Assembly (NCBI GenBank): GCA_013239625.1
Contig: MU054098.1
Location: 1,551,104 to 1,615,103 of the forward strand
DNA: 64,000 nt
Reading direction: 5' to 3'
Origin: Lama guanicoe
Taxonomy: Eukaryota
In this document: positions 13,438 through 26,996 of the stretch, piece by piece
How positions within the stretch are numbered: position 1 is the first letter of the stretch
Layout: each line of letters begins with the position of its first letter
Program-made: the position numbers and the translations under genes
The notes under the pieces: model-generated
What the model was told of the DNA's origin: nothing
Seen by the model: only the letters and a program-made list of their open reading frames with translations
Database searches by the model: none

Positions 13438-13550
13438 CAAGGTTTTGCAACAATGGCACTTTTGACATACTGGGCTGGATGATTCTTTGCTGTGAGGAAC
13501 TGTCCTGTGAACTGCAGCATAATGCTAGTAGCACTCCTCCAAAGTGATGT
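13438..13550. mobile_element. MER20-like hAT DNA transposon fragment
   Basis: TGGCACTTTTGACATACTGGGCTGGATGATTCTTTGCTGTG...TGTCCTGTG. Confidence 0.7.
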
Positions 13551-13614
13551 GACATTCATTACTAGCCTCCTCCTCACCCCAAATCCTTCAGGAAGAGTAG
13601 CATTTTTGTTCAAA

Positions 13615-16600
13615 ATATTTTTAATTGAAGTATAGTTGATTTACAACGTTGTTTCTGGTGTACAGCAAAGTGATTCAGTTATACATATATATATTATTTT
13701 TTAGATTCTTTTCCATTATAGGTTATTACAAGATATTGAATATAGTTCCCTGTACTATATACAGTAGGTCCTTGTTGTTTACCCATTTTATATGTAGTAG
13801 TGTGTATATGTTAATCCCAAACTCCTAATTTATCCCTCCTCCCCTTTTCCTTTTGGTAACCATAAGTTTGTTTTTTCCATGTCTAGGTTTCTGCTTTGTA
13901 AATAAGTTCATTTTTATCATTTTTGAGATTCCACATGTAAGTGATATCATATATTTGTCTTTCTCTGTCTGACTTACTTCATTTAGTATGATAATCTCCA
14001 GATACATCCATGTTGCTGCTGCAAATGGCATTATTTCATTCTTTTTTATGGCTGAGTAATATTCATATATATACGTGTGTGTGTGTGTGTATACATATAC
14101 ACATATAATCATCTTTAGCCATTCATTTGTCAATGGACACTTAGGCTTCTTTAATGTCTTGGCTATTGTAAACAGTGCTGCTATGAACATTGGGGTGCAT
14201 GTATCTTTTTGACTTAGAGTTTTCATCTTTTCCAGATATATGCCCAGGAGTAGGATTGGTGGATCATATGGTAATTTTATTTTTAGCTTTTGAAGGAACT
14301 TCCATACTGTTCTCCATAGTGGCTGCACCAATTTGCATTCCCACCAACAATGTAAGAAGGTTCCATATTTTCCACACCCTCTCCAGCATTTATTATTTGT
14401 AGACTTTTGATGATGGCCATTCTGACAGGTGTGAGGTAGTACTCACTGTAGTTTTGATTTGCATTTCTCTAATAATTAATGAGGTTGAGCATTTTTTAAT
14501 GTGCCTGTGGGTCATCTGTATCTCTTCTTTGGAGCGATATCTATTTATGCCTTCTGCTCATTTTCTGATTGGGTTGTTTGTTTAATGGTATTGAGCTGTA
14601 TGAGCTCTTCGTTTACTTTGTAAATTAAGCCCTTGTTGAATGCAGCATTTGCAAATATGTCTTCCTAGTCTATAGTGTTTATCATTTTGTTGATAGTTTC
14701 CTTTGTTGTGAAAAGCTTATAACTTTCATTAAGTTCCATTTGTTTATTTTGCTTTTATTTCCATTGCCTAGGTAGACTGGCCTAAGAAAATATTATTATG
14801 ATTTATATCAGAGAAAGTTTTGCCTATGTTCTCTTCTAGGAGTTTCATGGTGTCATGTCACATACTTAAGTCCTTAAGCCATTTTGAGTTTATTTTTGTG
14901 TATCGCGTGTGGGAGTGTTCTAATTTTATTGATTAACATGCAGCTGTCCAGCTTTCCCAGCACAACTTGCTGAAGATACTATCTTTTCTCCATTGTGTAT
15001 TCTTGCATCCTTGGTCAAAGATTAATTGAACATAGGTGTATGGGTTTATTTCTGGGCTTTCTATTCGGTTCCATTGATCCGTATGTCTGCTTTTGTGCCA
15101 ATACCACACTGTTTTGATTACTGTAGCTCTGTAGTATTGTCTGAAGTTTGGGAGGGTAATATCTCCAGCTTTGTTCTTTTTCCTAGGATTGCTTTGGCAA
15201 TTCTGGGTCTTTTGTGATTCCATATAAATTTTAGGATTATTTATTCTAGTTCTATGAAAAATGTCAAGGGTAATTTGATAGAGATTGCAATAACTGTGGA
15301 TTGCTTTGGGCAGTATGGTCATTTAAACATTATTAATTCTTTCAATCCAACAGTATGGTATATCTTTCCATCTCCTTGAGTCATATTCAGTATCTTTTAT
15401 CAAAGTTTTATAGCTCTCAGCATATGTCTTTCACCTCTTTTGTTAGGTTTATTCCTAAGTATTCAATATTTTTGATGCAATTTTAAAAGGGATTTTAAAA
15501 AGTTTTCTATTTTTGATATTTCATTGTTAGTGTAAAGAAATGCAACTAATTTCTGTATGTTAGTCTTGTATCCTGCTACCTTGTTGAATTCATTTTTGAG
15601 TTCTAATTGTTTTTGTGTGGAGTCTTTAGGGTTTTCTAAATAGAGTATCATGTCATCTGCATATAAAGATAACTTACTTCTCTTCCAATTTTGATCCCTT
15701 TTTTTCTTTTTCTTGTGTGACTGCTGTGCCTACAACTTTCAGTACTATGTTGAATAGCAGTGATGAGAATGGGCATCTTTGTCTTCCACATTTTAGCATA
15801 AAGGCTTTCAGCTTTTCATCACTGAGTATCATGTTGGCTGTTAAGTTTGTCATAAAGGCTTTTATTATACTGAGATATGTCCCTCTATTCCCACTTTGGT
15901 GAGCATTTTTAACATGAATGGATGTTAAATTTTATCAGATGCTTTTTCTGCATCTATTATGATGATCATATGGTTTCTGTCCTTTCTTTTGTTGATGTGG
16001 TGTATCACGTTGATTGATTTGTATATGTTGAACCATCCTTGACTCTGGAATGAATCCAGCTTGATCATGGTGTATGATCCTTTTTCTGTATTGTTGGATT
16101 CAGTTTGCTAATATTTTGTTGAGGATTTTTACATCTATATTCATCAAAGATATTGGCCTGTAGTTTTCTTTTTTGGTAGTGTCTTTGTCTAGTTTTGGTA
16201 TTAGGGTGATGATGGCTTCATAGAATGACTTCAGGAGTGTTCACTCTTCTTCAATCTTCTGGAAGAGTTTGAGAAGGATCAGTTTAAATTCTTCTCTGTA
16301 TATTTGATAGAATTCCCCAGTGAAGCCATCCAGTCCCAGACTTCTGTTTGCAGGTTTTTTCATTACAGATTCTATTTCACTTCCAGTGACTGGTCACTTC
16401 AAATTATCTGCTTCTTCTTGATTCACTTTCGGCAGGCTGTATGTTTCCAGAAACTTGTCCATTTCTTCTAGGTTGTCCAACTTATTGGTATATAATTTTT
16501 CATAGTATTTTTTTTGTATTTCTATGTTGTCACTTGTTATTTTTCCTTTTTTGCTTCTTATTTTGTTTATTTGACTCCTCTCTCATTTCTTCTTGGGAGC

Positions 16601-17770
16601 CTGGCCAGAGATTTGTCAATTTTGTTTAACCTTTCAAAAGACTAGCACTTGGTTTTATTGATTTTTCTATTTTTTATCTCTTTTTATTCCTTTTCTCTCA
16701 GATCTTTCTTATTTCCTTTCTCCTGCTGACTTTAGGTTTTGTTTGTTCTTTTCCTAATTATTTTAGGTTAGGTTATGTTGTTTATTTGAGATTTTTATTG
16801 TTTTTTGAGGAAAGTCTTTATTGCTATGGACTCCCCTTTTAGGACTGCTTTTGCTGCATCACATGGATTTGGTATGGTTGTGTTTTCATTGTCATTTGTC
16901 TTAAGGTATTTTTTAATTTCTTCTTTGATTTCACTCTTGACCCATTGTTTTTTTGTTTTTTGGGTTTTATTATTTTTTTTTTATAGCATGTTGTTTAGTC
17001 TCCATGTAATAGTCTTTTTCCCATTACTCTTTCTGTGGTTGATTTCTAGTTTCATGCCATTGTGTCAGAAAAGATGCTTGAAATAATTTCTAGCCTCTTA
17101 AATATGTTGGGTCATGTTTTGTTTCCTAGTATGTGGTCTATCCTAGAAAATGTTCCATGTGTGCTTGAAAAGAATGTGTATTCTGTTGTTTTTTGAATGT
17201 AGTGTCCTGAAGATATCGATTAAGTCTAGCTGTTCTATTGTGTTTTTTTAGGATTTCCTTATTAATTTTCTGTTTGGAAAAAATCTGTCCATTGATGCCA
17301 GTGGGCTTTTAAAGTTTCCTAATATTATTGTATTCCTGTAAATTTCTCCCTTTATGTCTTAGTATTTGTTTTATGTATTTAGGTGGTCTTATATTGGGTG
17401 CATATTTTTTAACAAGTGTAATATACTCTTTTTGTTTTGATCCTTTTACCATTATATAGTTTCTTTCTTTATGGCCTTTGAAAGTTTATTTTGTCTGATG
17501 TGAGTATTGCTATCTCCATTTTCTTTGTCATTTCCATTTGCATGAAATATCTTTTCCCATCCCCTCACTTTCAATCTATGTGCATCCTTTGCCCTAAAGT
17601 GGGTCTCTTGTAGGCAGCATATTGTAGATTCCTGTTTTGATTGGAGCATTTATTTCATTGACATTTAAGGTAATTATTATAAGTATGCATTTATTGCCAT
17701 TTTAAACATTGGTCTCCAGTTGATTTTGTATTTCTTTTTCATTGCTCTCTTTTATTTTTTGTTTTTCCTT
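13615..17770 (-). mobile_element. About 4.15-kb relatively young L1 (inter-ORF region, whole disrupted ORF2, 3' UTR)
   Basis: ICCLQETHFRAKDAHRLKVRGWEKIFHANG (endonuclease), [12 protein letters not shown] (RT), VQPLWRTVW (C-terminus); many frameshifts. Confidence 0.96.
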
Positions 17771-18039
17771 AATGGGTTAGCATGACAGACATATTTGTTT
17801 GTTGTTGTCTACTATTTTTATTTCTTCTAATTGCATTCTGTACATTTAATATGCATCAGAAAGTGATAAAATTCTATTTGAAGTTGATAATTCACACACG
17901 ACCTCCAAATTTGGCACTTTTAGTCAAATTATCATAGTATTTGAACATATAGTAGCAATTATTTGGAGAAGACATGTTATAATGTGGCTGAGAGGTAAAT
18001 CTCATTCTTTTACCCTCTGTTGATGCTTATAAACAAAAT

Positions 18040-19335
18040 TTAAAAAAAAACCAAAACAGGTCAACGAAGCTAGAGGATTTACACTTTCAGATATCAATGT
18101 TTATTAAAAGGTATAATAAGTAATATAGTTTAATGTTGGCAAAATTTTATACAGACCAATCAGTTGAACAAACTAGAGAGTCCAGAGATAGCACAACACT
18201 GTCTCTGTATATGGTCAATTGGTTTATGCAAAAATGACATTAGAGTGCAGTGAGCAAAGGAAGACCTTTTCAGTAAATAGTACTGGGTCAACTGGATTTT
18301 CGTATAAGAAAAAATATCTAGATCCATACTTTACATTATGTACAAAATTCAAATCCAAATGGACCATATATCATATTTAAAATAAACCTATTTTTGTGAA
18401 CTTGGAGCAGCCAAAGATTTCTGAAACAGAATCTAAAAGTGTTCATTATGAAATAAAATAATGATCATTTAGACTATATTAAGGGTAAGAACTCTTATTT
18501 GTCAAAAGTCACCATTAAAAGAGTGAAAAAACCTCACAGAATAGAAGATATTCACAATACTTACATTCAAGAAAAACCTTCTATCTAGAACATTTGTATG
18601 CTATCTATAATGAAAAAGACAGACAAGCCAAGAGAGAAAAATCAACATTAGAATAGAAACTTTACCAAAAAAAGATGAGCAAGTGACTAAGAAATATGAA
18701 AAGGAACTCAAATACATTACTCAGTGGATTACTATTACACATCCACCAGAATCGCAAAGTTTGCAAAGAATAATACCAAGTGTCAGGATGTGAAATTAGG
18801 ACTCTCATACTGCTGGTAGGAGTGAAACTGATACAAGCATTTAGCAAAATTCTTTGTCATTAACTACTAAATTTGAATGGGTGCACATCCAAGACCTAGC
18901 AAACACAATCCTAAATATCCAAAAGAAATAAGCATACACATTGACCAGATGTATACTAAAATGTTCATATTAACTCTCTTTAAAATAACTCCAGACTATA
19001 AACAACTCCCAATGCTCATCAACAGTAGAATGTAGTATATGATGTATAGCAGTGAGAATAAATCACAGTTGCACACAATAGTATGTGAAAATCGCATGGT
19101 CAAAATTTTGAGTGACAGTCAGAAACCAAGAAGTTCATTACATGTGATTCCATTTATATCACATACAAAACATGCAAACTGTTAGAAGTCAGGGTTTTTA
19201 CACTTGGTGGGAGTGTGGGGGTTGTGATTAGAAGGAATTATCATGAGGGCTTCTGAGGTCCTGATAATGTTCTATGTGTTAATTTGGGTGCTCATTACTC
19301 AGATGTTTATACTGTGAAAACTTTCCAATTTTTCT
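18040..19335 (+). mobile_element. Old L1 (L1ME-like) ORF2 end and 3' UTR
   Basis: Degenerate ORF2 motifs (CTTTTCAGTAAATAGTACTGGGTCAACTGGAT) and L1ME-type tail. Confidence 0.75.
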
Positions 19336-19760
19336 ATATGTTGACTAGACTTCATGAAGAGATGAATGAAGAGTTACCTCCCTTGCTTCAAATTTTATCC
19401 ACAAGTTTATCCATAATTTTATCCCTACCACATGCCAATAATGCTTTAATCAAGTTATTTATTCTATCTAGTGCTCAGGTGTCTTGGCACATAAAAAAGT
19501 TCCAGTTTTCTTTTATGTCTTCTCACTTACTTGCTTTAGCTCAATACTTCACAAATTAATAAGATAGGTTAATATCCTACCTACATTTCTGTTTGAAGCT
19601 AAATTCTATATGTATGATTGTTTTAACTATTTTTGACTGACTATATTAGTTATTATCTTCTTCTTTGAATGTGTCACCTCCCCTCCCTATACATGATACT
19701 ACAAGTAATAAGGCTGAGCTGTTAAGTAAAAATAAGCTCCAAGGCTCAGTATGTAGTCAC

Positions 19761-19834
19761 CTTTCTTTCATTTATTAATACAAGTAGAAACTTCCATTTG
19801 CAGAGTATTTGGGGGAAAGGGTCATAACAAGACA
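19761..19834 (-). CDS. Candidate 74-nt exon (SCYDPFPQILCKWKFLLVLINERK)
   Basis: Acceptor tatattttaaag|, donor AAG|gtgact, open phase 1-0 frame. Confidence 0.2.
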
Positions 19835-20959
19835 CTTTAAAATATATAAATGCAAATGAGTTTTCCAGAGGCTTGATATATTGTTCTAAAATATATAATT
19901 TTATAAAATTTGTGTGTGTCAGACTGTTTGTTATTAATTCTTGTCAGAAAAAGAGATACTCAAAGACTCTGCTTGAGATAATTTGCCATTATTAAATATT
20001 TTGTTATCTTTTAATTAAGTGAATTTAATGATGTTAGTGAATATTAAGTCTGAATTGCAATTTTGTTTTCTGTTTGAAATTCATTGCGCCAGGAATAAAG
20101 TTGAGTCAATATAACTGAAATTTGTAACTCTAATAGTTCACCTTAAACAAAGTTGAGACACAAAGTATTCTGATGTAATGGTCCAAAAAGTGTTTCCATA
20201 TCTAATGCTCTTTTACTTGGCTCTTGCCTTTTATGCGATATAAAATTTGGACTGTGATCTCAGGATTGAATTTAATATTCAATGGCCTGGTCTATTCTCA
20301 GAAGTATGATAAAGAATAAATGTGTTTTATATATATATTTATATATATATATTTATACATATATATGTTACTTTTAGCTTCCCTGTCTCCCAAAGCATAA
20401 ACAATATGTTCTTGAGTCCCTAGGCTCAAAACTTTAAGTCATTCACTACAGATATTTTATCAGTAACCAAGTTCTGCTCATTCCTCTTTAGGAATTTTTT
20501 TTACTTGCATTTCTCTTTCTAGCACAACTATCTCAATTCATGCCAAAATGCATGCAGTTTCCTTCTCCTGATGTCACAACCATCGTCCTACTCATGCTCC
20601 AGACCATAGATGACTCCTCTCTCTTTGAGTAGACATTTGACCATTTTTAGCAATGTCCATTTAAGCTACTTGAATTACAACTCCTCCTCAGCTTCAGTTA
20701 TTCTAGCTGCCCTTCTGCTATTGTTAATCTTTCCCATTCTCTTCAAAAAAACATTCTTATGATTTTGCATTCCAGTCTCCTCAGATAAACTTTTCTCTTC
20801 CGTGATAAGAATTTCCTCAATTTGCCTCGTCTGCTTTTAAAATCTTTGTCTTCATCCTGCTGCTCTTTTGCTCCTATCTCCGAGGATAAGCTTTCCTTTT
20901 GCATTCAGCTGATACAGGGATTCAAAACATGCCAAAGTATTTGATTCTGCTCCCAGCTC

Positions 20960-21090
20960 TCACTTAAAAAGCTGCTTGACTTTGGGTAAGTCACTTACCC
21001 ATTCTAACCTGTTTCTTTGTACATGAAATGGGGACATGTGAATACCAGATCATTACTTGTTCAACTTACCTCACAGGATTGTTATGGGAA
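20960..21090 (+). mobile_element. MIR SINE
   Basis: TGACTTTGGGTAAGTCACTTACCC...TGAAATGGGG...ACCTCACAGGATTGTT. Confidence 0.8.
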
Positions 21091-21092
21091 TC

Positions 21093-21575
21093 ACTTCATT
21101 CATTTAATCAATAAATATTTATTTAGCATCTACTATGTGCCAGGCACTATTATAGATACTAGGAATAGATATATAACTAAGCAGATTGCTTTAGTGGCAC
21201 TTACTTTCTAGTGAGCTCTGACAATAAACACATAAACACACAATTTCAAATATAATTTCAGACGGTAAAACTTGCTCTGAATGAAAATGAAACAGGGTAA
21301 GGTGAGAGAGTAACCAAGTGTGGTTAGGGAAAGCCTCTCAGATAAGATGGCATTTGAGCACACACCTGAAGGAAGTGAGGAATTAAGCCACGAGTACATC
21401 TTGTAGATGAGCATTCCAGGAAAATAAACACCAGGTATAATAGCATTGAAGTAGGGGATTACTAGGTGTGTTTGGGGAACAACCAGAAGGTCAGGGTTGT
21501 TAGAATAGAATAAGTAAGGAGTAATATGGGGTAAAACAGAGAATGACGTCAGACAAGAAGTATATAGGGCAGAAC
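21093..21575 (-). mobile_element. L2 LINE 3' fragment
   Basis: CATTCATTTAATCAATAAATATTTATTTAGCATCTACTATGTGCCAGGCAC. Confidence 0.85.
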
Positions 21576-22184
21576 AGTTCCTGTAAAAAAAAAATCTTAT
21601 AAAACATGACACATGCATAAAAATGTTATAATATGGGTGCAAATGAGCTTAATTTATACAATTAAATCACTATTATTAGCCGTATCCAATTCTAAAATGA
21701 CTTTATTCCTTCAATTATCAGGATTTATATCATCAGTCTGTAATTCTTCTTTCTTCTTCACCTAACACTGTGGTCCTATCTTTTTTAGGCTAACAACAAG
21801 ATTCCTCCTGCTGCTATAAATACCTCAAACTGAAATCATATTCCTCTCATTTCCATTATCACCAAACTTTCAAGATGAAACAGCTGAAATTTACTGCCTA
21901 TTTCATCAACTACACTTTTCTTAAATTATTAACAATTTGCCTTCCGCCTCTATCATCCTGTAAATGTACCCTTGAAAACACCTTTGACTTTTCCTCCCCG
22001 GTTCCTTACTCACTCTCCCACATCTTATACGCCTATAGACTGCCATAGGCTTGAACCGTTCAATTTTTCTGACACTGTAGGCCTTGTCTCTACCTTTATT
22101 AGTGTCACTCTGGCCCAAATCTTCACGATCTTTCTTTAGACTACTTCATTATGCTCCTAATGGTTCTTTATTTACCTCAACTAA

Positions 22185-22500
22185 TTTATTTATTTTATTT
22201 TTTTTATTGATTTATAATCATTTTACAATGTTGTGTCAAATTCCAGTGTTCAGCACAATTTTTCAGTCATTCATGGACATATACACACTCACTGTCACAT
22301 TTTTTTCTCTGTGAGTTATCATAACATTTTGTGTATATTTCCCTGTGCTATACAGTGTAATCTTGTTTATCTATTCTACAATTTTGAAATCCCAGTCTAT
22401 CCCTTCCCACCCTCCACCCCCCTGGTAACCACAAGTCTGTATTCTCTGTCTGTGAGTCTATTTCTGTCCTGTATTTATGCTTTGTTTTTGTTTGTTTATT
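22185..22500 (-). mobile_element. Short young L1 3' end
   Basis: T-rich tail then TTTTACAATGTTGTGTCAAATTCCAGTG...CCCCCTGGTAACCACAAGTCTG. Confidence 0.85.
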
Positions 22501-23349
22501 TCATATCCCAAAGATGAATTAATTCTCCTATAGCACAGTTCTGATTTCAATTATTTTTTAATTTTATTTTATTTGTGGCAGAAGCATAAAACACACAAAA
22601 AGAGAAAAATAAATAATCCAAATATCACCACTTCCAAAAACAACTTATTTTATGATATTCCCCTCTAGTCCTTATTAACAGGAATATACAACTTTTCTGA
22701 GTTACTAATAAGGCGTAAGTATCATTTTGTATTCTGTTTGGTTCACTTATTTCCTTTTAAGAATTTGTGAATATTGCTACATGATCTCCAAATTATCTCA
22801 TCTAATGATTGCATAATAGTCCATTGATTTGATGTTCTATAATTTACTAAAGTGTTCTCCTACTGTTAGATATTTAGGTCACTGAATGACTTTCATTTGC
22901 CTATTTAATTAAGAGCTAACTCCTTTGCCTGGCATCAGAATTACTTCAAACTATCTTTCCAGCTTTCTCTGAATCCTTCATAATTTTGCTTCATGTTCCT
23001 GCCATATCATGTTATTTTTCCAGTCTTTCAGATTATTTTTTGCCTCAAAATTTTATTCATGCTATTACCTCTACATAAAATGTCCTTGCCTATCATCTTT
23101 TCTTCTTAAAAACCTATCCAAATGACCTACCCAATCTTAATGGTCTAGTTCAACTAACACCTATTCCATAAATTCTTAGTGATCTCTCTAAATATATAAC
23201 ATCTCTCCTTCTTGTCAACTAGTATTTGCTTTAAAAAAAAACTTATTCTCTGGCAGTTTTTCACACTGTCTTATTTTTCACCAAGTTATATACTTATTTG
23301 CAACTCTAAAATATTGAAAGAAGTCAATTGTCTAATGTTTAATAAGAAT

Positions 23350-23615
23350 AATCTTACAACGTAAGGTAATTTACTTTACAAACACTTTTACGACACATTA
23401 CTTTCCAAGTACTAGTTTAACAAATTTAGATATAAATTCATTTATCTCTTGTAGGAACACCATGATGTATATGCTTTTACATCTTTATGTTCACTGATGA
23501 GGAAATAGAGGCCTAGAGAAGTTAAGTAACATTCCCAATGCAATGAATCTACTAAGTGGCAGAACTGAGATTTAAACCTAGGCAGTCAGAATCTAGAGAC
23601 CGTACTCAATCAATT
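23350..23615 (-). mobile_element. MIR SINE
   Basis: GATGAGGAAATAGAGGCCTAGAGAAGTTAAGTAAC...GGCAGAACTGAGATTTAAACCTAGGCAGTC. Confidence 0.8.
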
Positions 23616-24964
23616 ATTTATCTTCTTGGTGTACAACTTCTATAGGAAACTTTATAAAGAAAAGGAAATTAGAACATCTCACAATGATGAATAACACAGA
23701 GATGATGTCCATTTCCTTTAGTGAAGCATTAACTGGTTGTATAATTAATTTTTTGCTGTGAACAACCAGAAAAGCCGGACAAAACATTTAAAAATTTTTG
23801 AAGTCATAAGGCAGCTACCATGAAAGTGAGCTTTCAGAGTCAAAATTTGGCAAACAAAGAAGACACAGAGAGGGAAGCCTGACATTTCTCTTGAGACACT
23901 TGCTGATTTTTAACCAGTAGCTGGAAGGCAAATAAAACTACATACAGACATATTTTAGTGAAGCCACTGAAAATCAGTAACAGAGGAAATCTTTATGACA
24001 GCTAGACAAAAATGACACATTACACTTAGGGAAGCAATTCATGAGAAACTATGGTGGACAGAAAACAATCAAATAACATTCCCCATAAAATATTGGGGGA
24101 AAAAACCTCTTAACCTAGAATTCTATATACAATAAAAATATCATTGAATAATTAAGGAGAAATGTAGATATTTTAAGATAACAGAAATCTAAGACAATTT
24201 ATTGCTGGTAGACTGGAACTAAGAGCTATGCTAAAAAATTTTTTTTCAAACTGAAGGGAAATGATATGAGAGAAATTCAATCTTCAAGAACATCAGAAAT
24301 AGTAAATATATAGGTAAATATAGAAGTATACATTTTCTTAAGGTTTCTAAAATATATATAACAGTTTAAATCCAAAATCATGACATTTCATTATGACTTG
24401 TATAATGTATGTATATGCAATATATATGACAACTACAGAATAAAGGATGGTGGGGTTTAATGATCTATATGGTTTCAAGATTTCAACTTTCTATGAGAAG
24501 TGATGCAGTATTAACTCTAAGTCTAGGAAACCACTAAAAAAATAAAACTACAAGCAAGTATAGGATATAAAATGGTATACCATGCATACAGCAAGTAAAA
24601 GAAAGCTAGAATGGCTTTACTAACATCAGATAAAAGTAGACTTCAAGATAAAGAATATCAATAATGATAAAGAGACTTCATAATAATCAAAAGGTCTGTC
24701 TCTCTGGAAAAGAAACACAAGGATCCTCCAAATAAATGAGAAAAAAATTGATTGAATTTGAAGAGGGAGTTTGCAATTCTACAATTACACTAGGAGATAT
24801 TAATATGGCTTTCGCAGCAAATTATTGAACAACTAGACAAAACAAAATGTACAACTAAATAAAAGAAAACAAATCATAAAAGATTTGGTCAATACTATCT
24901 ACTACCTTGACCAATTTGACATTCATCAAAGAGCAAACTTAACAAATAAAGAATACATGTATTT

Positions 24965-25770
24965 TTGACTTACGGTTTTCCTGGTTCTCAAGTATGTTAA
25001 CCAATTACTATATCCACTTGCTTCAGAATGGTAATAATATAAGCTCAAACACATTCTAAAATATTTACATTTTCTTACTCCCCCTCCCCACATCTTATGA
25101 TTTTGATGCCCTATTTTACATTTTCATATTTATTTTTTTGCTGTTCACTGTAGTTATACTCACTTCCACAAATTATTTTTATTTTTATTTTTTAGTTTAG
25201 TGATCTTCAATCCTTTTATATGTTTGCCCCTCACTGTAATTTTTCCTTCCCTGTAGATTCTGGCTTCTTTTGTATTTAGAGAAGACCTGTTCACATTTCT
25301 TTTAGGATAGGTTTAGTACTGCTGCATTCTTTTAGTTTTTGCTTGTCTGGGAAATTCTTTATCTCTCCTTGTGTTGTAAATGATAATCTTGCTGGGTAGA
25401 GAATCTTAGGTTGCTGGTTTTTCCCCTTCAGGATTTTGAATATGTCTTGTCACTCCTTTCTGGCCTGCAGTGTTTCTGAAGAGAAATCAGCTGACAGCCT
25501 TATGTGGGTTCCCTTGTAACTATTTTTCTCTTATTGCATTTAGAATTCTCTGTTTAACTTTTTGCCATTTTAATTATGACATGTCTTGGTGTAGGTCTGT
25601 TTGGGTTCATCTTGTTGGAGACCCTCTGTGCTTCCTACACCTGGATATCTCTTTTTTTTCTTTTGATTTGGGAAGTATTCAGCTATAATTTCTTCAAATA
25701 CATCCTCTTTTCTCTTTCTTCTCCTTCTGGAATCCTTATTATGCATAGATAGGCACACTTTATATCATTC
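24965..25770 (-). mobile_element. L1 ORF1 C-terminal/inter-ORF fragment
   Basis: VFEEIIAEYFPN peptide and GGCTGTCAGCTGATTTCTC motif on the minus strand. Confidence 0.85.
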
Positions 25771-26036
25771 CACTGAAAATCACTAACCCATTTCAAGAAG
25801 TCAGAAATATACTTGAAGAAAGAAAAAAAAATTAAAATTTCAGCAAAATAAAACAAAAAAATTGGCAGAAACAGATGAAATTAAAAGTTAATAAGGAGAA
25901 ACCTAGCCAAATTTGGTTATCTGAAATGAATTATGAAATTAAAAGGCTGGCAAGAATAAATTAATAGAAGAGAAAGAGCGAGGAATTGAGATAGAGGAGG
26001 AGGCATAAGTATTCAATATCAAGAATGACAAATGGG

Positions 26037-26720
26037 CTCTTTCCAGCCAGCACTGAGTGATGGGCATCTCTTGGGACAACTGGCACAAGTGCCGCAAGAC
26101 TCGGGGCAAGAGAAAGCCCTACCGCAAGAAGCAGAATTATGAGCTGGGATGTTCCTCAGCCAACATCAAGATTGGCCTCTATCACAGACACAGTCGGTGT
26201 GTGGGGAGGCAATAAGAAGTACTGGGCCTTGAGGCTGGACATGGGGGACGTCTTCTGGGGCTCCAAGTATTGTACGTGCAAGACAAGAATTATTGATGAT
26301 GTCTACAATGCATCCAACAGTGAGGTGGTCCATTCTAAAACCCTGGTGAAGAACTGCATCATGCTCATTGACTGCACACTGTACCAACAGTGGTACAAAT
26401 CCCACTATGCACTGCCCCTGGGCCAGAAGAAGAGGGCCATGCTGACTCCTGAGGAGGAAGAGATTTTAAACAAAAAAGTGATCAAAGAAAATTCAGAAGA
26501 AATATGATGAAAGAAAAAAGAATGCCAAAGAGTCTTCTAGAGGAGAAGTTCCTGCTTCTTGCATGCATCACTTCAAGATCAGGGCAATGTGGCCAAGCAG
26601 ATGGCTATGTGCTAGAGGGCAAGGAGCTGGAATTCCACCTGAGGAAGATCAAGGCCTGGAAAGGCAAGTAAATCTTCCTCCCTCCTATCTTAGCTTATGT
26701 AATTAGGTGTTTATTTTTTT
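26037..26720 (+). pseudogene. RPS8: Processed pseudogene of 40S ribosomal protein S8
   Basis: 5' TOP CTCTTTCC; ATG 26060 [27 protein letters not shown]; ends KGK-TAA 26671; intronless, frameshifted; TSD AATGACAAATGGG at 26024-26036 and 26725-26737. Confidence 0.97.
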
Positions 26721-26996
26721 AAAAAATGACAAATGGGGTGCTATTGAAGATGATAATAACAATAAATATTTACAGGATATGAAGGACAACTTTATTGGGG
26801 AAATTGACATGAAATGTACAAACTCCTAGAAAATTGCAACATTAAAATTAACACAAGATAAATTTAAACATTTGAATAGCCCTATGTCTATTAAGATAAT
26901 CCTAGGGAAAAAAAGTTTAAATTCCCTAAATAAAAACCTCCCCACAAAGGTAATTCCAGACCAAGAAAGCTTCACTGAGAATTTTTGGAAACTTTT

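Noticed and set aside
13825..14331. 168-aa ORF, and similar ORFs at 62751, 14933, 27400 and 49231
   Set aside because: L1 ORF2 C-terminus running into the 3' UTR; not host genes.
21208..21642. 144-aa minus-strand ORF
   Set aside because: Lies largely within a degenerate L2.
26139..26507. 122-aa ORF with RPS8 similarity
   Set aside because: Starts out of frame inside a frameshifted retrocopy.
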